NCBI GenBank assembly: GCA_036274395.1
Contig: DASUFT010000099.1
Span: forward strand, 1 to 24,000
Length of the DNA: 24,000 nt
Source of the DNA: Candidatus Polarisedimenticolaceae bacterium
GTDB taxonomy: Bacteria > Acidobacteriota > Polarisedimenticolia > Polarisedimenticolales > DASUFT01
Direction of reading: 5' to 3'
In this document: positions 8,414 through 14,840 of the stretch, in pieces
Numbering within the stretch: the first letter of the stretch is position 1
Layout of the letters: each line of letters begins with the position of its first letter
Translations under genes and position numbers: made by a program
Notes under the pieces: generated by a model
What the model was told of the DNA's origin: nothing
What the model saw: the letters and a program-made list of their open reading frames with translations, nothing else
The model's database searches: none

Positions 8414-9364
8414 TCACCGTGTGGAGGGGGCGCGGCGCAGCCGCTCCGTCCAGCGCCCGGAGAGCTCGAAGGGGCGGGGGTGCTGCACGCGGTCGATGAG
8501 GAACTCGGAGGCGTTTTGCAGCACCCAGGCGAAGTTGTCCTCCCCCACGGAGAAGAGGTCGCAGTCGGGCGCCGGGTTCATGAAGTCGATGGCGATGGGG
8601 ATCCCGTCGCGCACCGCGAACTCCAGGGTGTCGAAGTCGTATCCCAGGGCCTCGCAGAGGGCCAGGCAGTCCCGCTCGATCCGCTTCAGCAGCTCCGGGT
8701 CCCCCGGTCCCGCGTCGCGCACGTAGCGGCGCTCGAAGGGCATGCGCGGGTCGTAGCGCATGATGCGCACCCGCTCCCGCCCCAGGCAGTAGCAGCGGTA
8801 GTACTCGGTGAACTCGATGGCCTCCTGGGCCATCATGCACAGGGAGTGGGTGAGATCGTAGGCGGCGAAGAACTCGCCCGGGTCGTGGACCTTGTAGACG
8901 TCCCTCCACCCGCCCCCGTCCGCCGGCTTCAGGAAGATGGGGAAGCCCAGGTACTCGAAGACGGAGTCCCAGTTCAGCGGGTACTCGAGGTTGGTGAAGG
9001 TCTCGCTGCTGGTGTTGGGCGGGTGCTTCTTGTGGGGGAGGAGCACGGTGCGGGGGACCGCCACCCCGGCTTGCTCGGCGAGGACGTTGTCCAGGAACTT
9101 GTCGTCGGTCGACCACCAGAAGGGGTTGTTGACGACCTGCACCCCCTTGGCCGCCTCCGTCTTCAAGAAGGTGCGGTAGAACGGCACCTCGTGGCTGATG
9201 CGGTCGACGATGAGGTCGTAGCGGGGGGGCGCGTCCTGGCGGAGCGGCCCCAGCCGCACCGGCTCCGCCGCCACCGCTCCCCCGGACCGGCGGCCGATCT
9301 CGGCGGCCAGGGCGGGCGGGAAGGACCGCTCCATTCCGTAGAGGATTCCGATCTTGTGGGGCAA
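8414..9364 (-). CDS. ATP-grasp domain ligase (RimK / glutathione-synthetase-like fold)
   Basis: The track ORF is 8414..9394 (TTG start). I prefer TTG at 9364 because GGGAGG sits 6 nt upstream. ATP-grasp hallmarks are PIFLKPADGGGWRDVYKV (Lys plus glycine-rich loop), MMAQEAIE, and a late LEFAVRDGIPIAIDFMNPAPD (E-x-N-type metal-binding segment). Confidence 0.8.
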   Translation of the reverse strand: MPHKIGILYGMERSFPPALAAEIGRRSGGAVAAEPVRLGPLRQDAPPRYDLIVDRISHEVPFYRTFLKTEAAKGVQVVNNPFWWSTDDKFLDNVLAEQAGVAVPRTVLLPHKKHPPNTSSETFTNLEYPLNWDSVFEYLGFPIFLKPADGGGWRDVYKVHDPGEFFAAYDLTHSLCMMAQEAIEFTEYYRCYCLGRERVRIMRYDPRMPFERRYVRDAGPGDPELLKRIERDCLALCEALGYDFDTLEFAVRDGIPIAIDFMNPAPDCDLFSVGEDNFAWVLQNASEFLIDRVQHPRPFELSGRWTERLRRAPSTR

Positions 9365-9433
9365 GGGAGGCCTCCCGTCGCTTGCAGCCCGCAACTATAC
9401 GAGGAACGGCCGCACCGGGGCAAAGGAGACGGG

Positions 9434-9802
9434 TCAGGCCCTGCTGAGGTAGCTCCGGGGAACGAATACGTTCCGCGCCCGAAAGGGTGGGGGCGACTCC
9501 AGCATCAAGCGCAGGCGCAGCTCGAACCCCCGGGCGGGAAACGCGAAGAAGGGCTCGGGACTGCCGACCCGTTCCACCCAGGAAGGCGTCGGGGTCGCGG
9601 TTTCCCGGCAGAGAGCGCTGACCACTCCCGCCACCAGACCCTCCAGCTCTCCGGAGGCGCCGATGGGCTCCTCGATCATCGCGCGACGGCGCTCCGGCGT
9701 TGCGCGACGGAATGCATCGACGAAGGCGTTCACGGCGCGCTGGAAGCTCCCATCCTTCTGGCGAGCAGCGCGCGCGAGCTGCAGGCATTCCACGGCGGTC
9801 AC
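9434..9802 (-). CDS. Hypothetical 122-aa protein (no family recognised)
   Basis: The GTG start at 9800-9802 overlaps the stop of the upstream small ORF as GTGA. G/C third-position bias is present but visibly weaker than in flanking genes, with about 22 of 122 codons ending in A/T. No His residue and no obvious catalytic motif. Confidence 0.6.
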   Translation of the reverse strand: MTAVECLQLARAARQKDGSFQRAVNAFVDAFRRATPERRRAMIEEPIGASGELEGLVAGVVSALCRETATPTPSWVERVGSPEPFFAFPARGFELRLRLMLESPPPFRARNVFVPRSYLSRA

Positions 9803-9969
9803 CGGGGATCTCCGAGCGGGTAGTAGCGCAAGACGACCTGCAGCGCATCCTGCACGGTCATGATGCCGAGCCTGGAGACCAGCAGCTCGACCCGCCGGTC
9901 CGCTGCCGCCACCAGATCGTCCAGCCGCTGCAGCGCGGCCAGGATCTGCTCCCGGCTGAGTGTGTGCAC
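9799..9969 (-). CDS. Small 56-aa ORF (absent from the supplied ORF track because it is under 60 aa)
   Basis: My own translation gives (GTG)[58 protein letters not shown] third-position bias is strong. The TGA stop overlaps the GTG start of the 122-aa ORF. Confidence 0.4.
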   Translation of the reverse strand: MHTLSREQILAALQRLDDLVAAADRRVELLVSRLGIMTVQDALQVVLRYYPLGDPR

Positions 9970-9982
9970 GGCCGGCAGCGTA

Positions 9983-9988
9983 CTAGAA
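9983..9988 (+). promoter_or_regulatory. Candidate -10 hexamer (TAGAAT) for the esterase gene
   Basis: TAGAAT lies in the 46-nt divergent spacer 9970..10015. It is followed by the GGGGAGGGGGA Shine-Dalgarno-like run and the TTG start at 10016. No convincing -35 was seen. Confidence 0.3.
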
Positions 9989-10015
9989 TGCCGCCCTTTT
10001 CGGGGAGGGGGACCT

Positions 10016-10729
10016 TTGCACCGCGAGCACTACCGCTGGGACAGCCCTGCGCTTTCGCGCTCCATGGAGCTCCTCTGGTACGGGAACTGGGGGCGGCCCA
10101 TGCTGATCTTCCCCACCTCCCTGGGGAGCTGCAGCCAGAACGAGGACTGCGGCCTGTTCCGCCAGGGCCTTGCCGGGAAGGTGGACGGAGGCGAGGTCCA
10201 GATCTGCTCCGTGGATTCCATCGACGGGGAGATCTGGTACAACCGCGGCGCCCACCCCGGCTGGCGGATGCACCGCTACCTGCAGTGGGAGCGGTACCTC
10301 CTGGACGAGGTGCTCCCCCTCCTCAAGCACAAGGCGCAGCGGGAGGACGTCATCCTCTACGGCGCTTCCTGGGGCGCCTTCCACGCCATGAACTTCGCCC
10401 TGCGGAACCCGGGAGTGGCTTCCCGGGTGATCTGCTTCTCTGGCATGTACGACCTGCACCGGATGCTCGACGGCCACTGGGACGACACCTGCTACTTCAA
10501 CTGCCCCACGGCCTACGTCCCCAACTACCCGCAGGAGCAGATCGAGCGCACGCGGCACATCGGTTTCGTGCTCGCCACCGGCGAGCAGGACCACCTCGTG
10601 CAGGACACCCGTCACTTCGCGGGCGTCCTCCGGGGGAAGGGCCTGAACGTGGTCGAGGAGATCTGGGGCGGCGTCTTCGGCCACGACTGGAACTTCTGGG
10701 CGGAGCATCTGCCGCGCTTCGTGCCCTGA
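10016..10729 (+). CDS. Esterase-family alpha/beta hydrolase
   Basis: The track ORF starts at 9860, but that N-terminus is Ser/Arg-rich junk overlapping the minus-strand small ORF. TTG at 10016 is preceded by GGGGAGGGGGA. A GxSxG nucleophile elbow (YGASWGAFHAMN) is present, plus a late HDW (GHDWNFW) as the candidate catalytic His region. Confidence 0.75.
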   Translation: MHREHYRWDSPALSRSMELLWYGNWGRPMLIFPTSLGSCSQNEDCGLFRQGLAGKVDGGEVQICSVDSIDGEIWYNRGAHPGWRMHRYLQWERYLLDEVLPLLKHKAQREDVILYGASWGAFHAMNFALRNPGVASRVICFSGMYDLHRMLDGHWDDTCYFNCPTAYVPNYPQEQIERTRHIGFVLATGEQDHLVQDTRHFAGVLRGKGLNVVEEIWGGVFGHDWNFWAEHLPRFVP

Positions 10730-11626
10730 TCAGCGCGGGAGCCTCCCCGCCTTGACCTCCGTCCCCTCCTCCATGGGCTCCAGCACAGCGCCCGGGGAGT
10801 CGGGCGCCGGAGGCGCCTTCTCGATCTGGGCCTTGTGCATCTGCACGGCGCCCATCTTCTCGCCCAGACCGGGGGCCACGTTGCGCACGAAGAACTTCAC
10901 GAAGCCGTCGCCGCCCACGATCTTCTCGTCCTTGGGGTTCCGGGCCAGGGCCACGATGGCGTCCACCACCTCGTCGGGCTCGTGCAGGGGCGCCGGCGCC
11001 TGCACCTCGTGCCCGGTGTGGTTCGCGGCATGGTCGAAGAACGGGGTGTCGTGCGCGGTGGGGAGGATCGTGCAGACGTGCACACCCTCCACCTCGTTCT
11101 GGTCCAGCTCCTGGCGGAGGCTGGTGCTCAGGCCCACCACGCCGTGCTTGGCCGCCGTGTAGGAGCCGTAGTAGGGGACGCTCGTCTTCCCCAGCTCGGA
11201 GGCGATGTTGATCAGCACGCCCGACCCCTGCCTCAGGAACTGCCGCATGGCGAACCAGCTCCCGTAGACCGTTCCCATGAGCGTGGTCTCCACCACACCG
11301 ATGTGCTCCTCCAGGGGGACGTCCGCGAACCGGCCCAGCGCCCCCACGCCGGCGTTGTTCACCCAGACGTCGATGCGCCCGAAGACCTCGATCGCGGCCT
11401 CCGCCAGCGCCTCCACCTCCGTGGGGTCGGCCACGTTCGTGGGGATGGATGCCGCGCGCGCGCCCATCTGCTCGCACTCGGCGGCCAGCGCGTCCAGCAG
11501 GTGGCCGCGGCGGGCGGCGAGAGCGAGCCAGGCCCCCTCGCGGGCGAACTGGCGGGCGGCGCCCTTGCCGAAGCCGCTGGACGCGCCGGTGATCACGATG
11601 ACCTTGCCTTTCAGGGGATGCTCCAT
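10730..11626 (-). CDS. SDR-family (short-chain dehydrogenase/reductase) oxidoreductase
   Basis: Motifs are TGASSGFG (TGxxxGxG), NNAG, and a catalytic S...YxxxK (YTAAKHG). GGAGG lies 5 nt upstream of the ATG. Confidence 0.9.
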   Translation of the reverse strand: MEHPLKGKVIVITGASSGFGKGAARQFAREGAWLALAARRGHLLDALAAECEQMGARAASIPTNVADPTEVEALAEAAIEVFGRIDVWVNNAGVGALGRFADVPLEEHIGVVETTLMGTVYGSWFAMRQFLRQGSGVLINIASELGKTSVPYYGSYTAAKHGVVGLSTSLRQELDQNEVEGVHVCTILPTAHDTPFFDHAANHTGHEVQAPAPLHEPDEVVDAIVALARNPKDEKIVGGDGFVKFFVRNVAPGLGEKMGAVQMHKAQIEKAPPAPDSPGAVLEPMEEGTEVKAGRLPR

Positions 11627-11687
11627 GACTGCCTCCGGGGAGATGCGACGGACCGGATAGGAGTGGTTGCTCCCACCCTAGCAGAGG

Positions 11688-13667
11688 TCAGCGGGGCAGC
11701 AGCACGAAGCCGAGATCGCTTCCCACCTGGCAGACGGAGATGCGCAGCGCGGTCGTGGGCCCCACGGCGGTTCCACGCGCGAGGATCCCTTCCGGCCCCT
11801 GCGGGACCGCCGGGAGGTGCGCGAGATCGACCGGCTGCGGCGGGTCCCGGTAGGGGGAGCGCTGCAGGATGGGACCTGCGTCCCACTCCAGGCGCACCTC
11901 GTCGTCCGTGGCCACCTCGAGGGCCAGGCTCGCTCCAGAAGACGTGGGGAAGCGCGTCTCCGCCAGGGCGCAGACGTCGCGCTCTCCGGGCGGGATCCCC
12001 AGCGCATGCCGGAGGTCGAGGAAGCCGGAGACGCCCCGGAGCACCACCGCCCTCTCCCCGGGAGGGGGAGGGGACAGCATCCACGTGCGTCCCGGGTCGG
12101 GAAACCAACCCCGCACCGTCCAATCTCCAAGGAACACGGGATCGTCGCGCACCTCGTAGATGCCACAGTCCCGGTCGCGGTACCGCTGCACGAAGCGGGG
12201 ATCGCGGTCGATCAGCCGCCTCAGGCTCACGTAGCGCCGCGGCAGGAAGACCCAGCGGCAGCGGAAGGTCCGGCGGATCGGCTCCCACGCATCCGCCACC
12301 TCGCCGTGCACGAGCTGCGACCACAGCGCGTACCGCTTCTCGTCGGCGGCGAGGAAGAACCCCGGGTCGATGCCGAAGAGGAAGCGCCGCCGCGGGTCGT
12401 GAAAGAACAGGGCGTCGAACTCGTCGTAGCCGGGATGGAAGAGCGTCTCCCCGGGGGGCACGTGCTCCTCCATCCATCTCGATGCGGCAGCGTAGTCCAC
12501 CACCTCCTCCGCGGCCGCGGCGGCGCGGTCGATGCGCAGGGTGAGGACGAGCAGCGCCGCCACGGCGATGGAGAGGGCGGCCACGCCCCAGCGCGGCGGG
12601 CGCCAGGCGGCGTCCTCCAGCGCGTCGCGCACCAGGACCGCCAGCAGCAGCACCGAGAACGGGGCCCACAGCTCCGCGAAGCGGTGGCTCATGAGCGCGA
12701 GGCCGAAAAAGCCGAAGGTGAGGACGAGCAGCGTCCGCGCATCGTCCGTGGCCCGGCGCACCCACGTCAGCATCAGCGCAGAGAAGGCGGTGATGGCGAA
12801 GGCGCCGAGGTTGGCGTGGAGGAAGAGGTCGGAGCGGACCGGAGCCATCTCCGACGCGTAGAGCGCATCGTCCAGGTGGGACCACTCCGCCCCCAGCACG
12901 CCGAAGTTCGCGATCGCCCAGAACCTCAGGTTGTTGGGGAAGAAGGGATTGATGACCAGGCCGGCCAGCACACCGGCGCAGGTCCAGAGGGTGGTGCGGA
13001 AGCGGCGCCAGCCCTTCTCGCCCGCGGCGGGCGTGCGCAGCACGTCGTGCGCCAGCGCCGTGGCCGGCAGCAGATGCCAGGAGACGTGCACGTAGGGGAA
13101 GAGGAAGCCGAGCACCGCCGCCAGGCGGCCCCGGCAGGTGAGGATGGCGGCGAGCGCGAGCCACGTCAGGGCCAGGCCCAGCACCAGGGCGCGCGTGAAC
13201 GTCAGCCGGTAGAGGAGGTCGGGGGCGACGGCGAGGACGAGCACCGTCCACAGCAGGGGAGCGGGGACTCGCAGCATGCGCAGCGCCCCCCAGAAGGCGC
13301 CCACCGCCAGCGCTCCGCCCACGATCCCCGCGATCCGTGCGCCGGTGAGGAGGTCGCCGAAGGTGAAGGGGACCAGGAACAGGTGGTAGAGCAGGTTGAA
13401 GTTGGCGTAGGTGGTGCGGTGGATCGTCTCCTGGAACCAGGGGAAGCTCCGCGAGATCCCGTGCTCCCGGATCCACTCCGCGAATCGGATGTTGAAGTAG
13501 CCGTTGCCGTCATAGATGGGCGGGCCGGCCAGGCGGACCGTGGCCACCGCCGCCGCGCCCAGAGCGAGCGCGCAGATGAGGCCCCACCACCAGCCGGCGC
13601 GACGCCGGGCGACGGCATCGGTGTCCCGCAACATGGGCGGGAGTTTAGCGGGAGAAACCCTTTCCAT
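11688..13667 (-). CDS. Polytopic membrane protein, GT-C/ArnT-PMT-like glycosyltransferase fold (putative), with a soluble ~270-aa C-terminal domain
   Basis: The N-terminal ~380 aa contain about 10 hydrophobic segments, with an early extracytoplasmic-loop motif (YDGNGYFNIRFAE). The C-terminal half is hydrophilic. The start is either ATG 13667 or ATG 13634. The family assignment is by architecture only. Confidence 0.6.
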   Translation of the reverse strand: MERVSPAKLPPMLRDTDAVARRRAGWWWGLICALALGAAAVATVRLAGPPIYDGNGYFNIRFAEWIREHGISRSFPWFQETIHRTTYANFNLLYHLFLVPFTFGDLLTGARIAGIVGGALAVGAFWGALRMLRVPAPLLWTVLVLAVAPDLLYRLTFTRALVLGLALTWLALAAILTCRGRLAAVLGFLFPYVHVSWHLLPATALAHDVLRTPAAGEKGWRRFRTTLWTCAGVLAGLVINPFFPNNLRFWAIANFGVLGAEWSHLDDALYASEMAPVRSDLFLHANLGAFAITAFSALMLTWVRRATDDARTLLVLTFGFFGLALMSHRFAELWAPFSVLLLAVLVRDALEDAAWRPPRWGVAALSIAVAALLVLTLRIDRAAAAAEEVVDYAAASRWMEEHVPPGETLFHPGYDEFDALFFHDPRRRFLFGIDPGFFLAADEKRYALWSQLVHGEVADAWEPIRRTFRCRWVFLPRRYVSLRRLIDRDPRFVQRYRDRDCGIYEVRDDPVFLGDWTVRGWFPDPGRTWMLSPPPPGERAVVLRGVSGFLDLRHALGIPPGERDVCALAETRFPTSSGASLALEVATDDEVRLEWDAGPILQRSPYRDPPQPVDLAHLPAVPQGPEGILARGTAVGPTTALRISVCQVGSDLGFVLLPR

Positions 13668-13689
13668 GGTGCGGGCTTCTCGCGCAACG

Positions 13690-13695
13690 TATACT
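13690..13695 (+). promoter_or_regulatory. Candidate -10 hexamer (TATACT) for mazEF
   Basis: TATACT lies 24 nt upstream of the mazE ATG and is followed by GGAGG at 13708-13712. The -35 is weak. Confidence 0.3.
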
Positions 13696-13719
13696 CAATG
13701 TCGATCCGGAGGCCCGTGC

Positions 13720-13962
13720 ATGCAGACGAAGATCCAGAAGTGGGGGAACAGCCTGGCCGTGCGGATCCCCAAGTCCTTCGCGGAGGAAGCCGGGGTTTCC
13801 GCTGGCTCTCAGGTGGACCTGACCGTGCGTGAAGATGGCCTCCTGGTTCGACCGGCACGGGCGCGAAGGCCCAAGCTCCGGGACCTTCTTCGAGCGGTCA
13901 AGAAGTCCAACCTTCACGGCGAAGTGAAGACCGGGAAGCCCGTCGGGAAGGAGACCTGGTAG
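13720..13962 (+). CDS. mazE: AbrB/MazE/SpoVT-family antitoxin
   Basis: ATG at 13720 with GGAGG 7 nt upstream. MQTKIQKWGNSLAVRIPKSFAEEAGV is the classic swapped-hairpin MazE/AbrB N-terminus. It sits 3 nt upstream of a PemK/MazF gene. Confidence 0.85.
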   Translation: MQTKIQKWGNSLAVRIPKSFAEEAGVSAGSQVDLTVREDGLLVRPARARRPKLRDLLRAVKKSNLHGEVKTGKPVGKETW

Positions 13963-13965
13963 TCG

Positions 13966-14310
13966 ATGGGCCGGCCTCCCGCCCGTGGCGATCTCGTCTG
14001 GCTCGAGTTCGACCCCCAGGTTGGAAGCGAACAGGCGGGTCGCCGTCCAGCGCTGGTCCTCTCGCCCAAGGAGTACAACGGCAAGGTGGGTCTGGCGCTG
14101 TGCTGCCCGATCACCTCGCACGCGAAGGGCTACCCGTTCGAGGTCGCCCTTCCGGAGAGTCTTGGAATCCGGGGCGTCGTCCTCTGCGACCAGATCAAGA
14201 GCCTGGACTGGCGGGGCCGGCGCGCCCGGAGGATCACCTCCGTGCCAGACGAGGTCATGCACGACGTGACGGGGCGAGTCCTGGCCCTGGTCGATCCCGA
14301 CGGTTCCTAG
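13966..14310 (+). CDS. mazF: MazF/PemK-family endoribonuclease toxin
   Basis: 114 aa. The motifs RGDLVWLEFDPQVGSEQAGRRPALVLS and CCPITSHAKGYPFEV and VVLCDQIKSLDW are typical PemK/MazF signatures. Confidence 0.9.
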   Translation: MGRPPARGDLVWLEFDPQVGSEQAGRRPALVLSPKEYNGKVGLALCCPITSHAKGYPFEVALPESLGIRGVVLCDQIKSLDWRGRRARRITSVPDEVMHDVTGRVLALVDPDGS

Positions 14311-14320
14311 GGAGGGGGCG

Positions 14321-14752
14321 TCAGTTCCCCTTGCCGGCGGGCATCGTCTCCTTGTACTCCTCGGCCCGGGTGACCTTGACCTTCTCGGCGATGGCTGGAT
14401 TCGCCAGGCGCTCGAGCTTGCGGTCGGTCTCCTCCCGGATCGCCCTTGCCCGGTCGACATCCTTGTTGAGGACGGCCAGGTGCGCGAGGAACTCCTCGGC
14501 GGCGATGGTGTGATAGTCGTCCCCGCCAAACTCCTTCCAGGCCTGCGCCACCGCCTCTTCCGCCTCCGGCAGGGCCTTCTCGAACTTCCGGTCGGCGTAG
14601 AGTTCCGCGGCCTTGCTCGCCGCGTCCTCGGACCGGACTGGCTCGGGCTCGGCCTGCCGGGAGGCCACGGTGTTGGCGGAGGCCGTCCCCGCCTGCGGGG
14701 TCAGGGCCAGGCGGAGCATCAGGACAAGGACAACCTGGAGCGCTTCGATCAC
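14321..14752 (-). CDS. Small secreted helical (TPR-like) protein, hypothetical
   Basis: This is the C-terminal 143 codons of track ORF 14321..15172. A GTG start at 14752 has GGAGG 12 nt upstream. An alternative TTG at 14779 gives MSIRRYTRAVIEALQVVLVLMLRLAL, a better signal peptide. The rest is helical and charged (AAELYADRKFEKALPEAEEAVAQAWKEFGGDDYHTIAAEEFLAHLAVL). Confidence 0.55.
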   Translation of the reverse strand: MIEALQVVLVLMLRLALTPQAGTASANTVASRQAEPEPVRSEDAASKAAELYADRKFEKALPEAEEAVAQAWKEFGGDDYHTIAAEEFLAHLAVLNKDVDRARAIREETDRKLERLANPAIAEKVKVTRAEEYKETMPAGKGN

Positions 14753-14840
14753 GGCCCTTGTATACCTCCGGATCGACAATCGCGCAGCAAGATAGAACTT
14801 TTCGCGCCTAACAACACTAACGTCGAGAGAGGTGAGCGCG

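Noticed and set aside
9860-10015. ATG at 9860 as the start of the esterase gene.
   Set aside because: The first 52 codons ([25 protein letters not shown]...) are junk and antisense to the well-biased 56-aa minus-strand ORF. TTG at 10016 has a strong purine-rich SD.
13516-13719. The 68-codon N-terminal extension of the MazE ORF (track 13516..13962).
   Set aside because: The extension overlaps the start of the minus-strand membrane-protein gene and reads as Arg/Ala junk. MazE homologues begin at MQTKIQKWGNS, which has GGAGG upstream.
10835-13832. Very long ORFs 10835..12544 +, 11611..13476 - and 11817..13832 +, overlapping the SDR and membrane-protein genes.
   Set aside because: These are the same kind of shadow-frame artefact, with no motifs and extreme Arg/Gly/Pro content. 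The 10730..11626 and 11688..13667 minus frames have convincing SDR motifs and TM-segment structure.
14311-14332. Short hairpin (AGGGG-7 nt loop-CCCCT) between the convergent mazF and small-secreted-protein genes, considered as a bidirectional terminator.
   Set aside because: The stem is only 5-6 bp and has no U-tract, so it is too weak to call from sequence alone.
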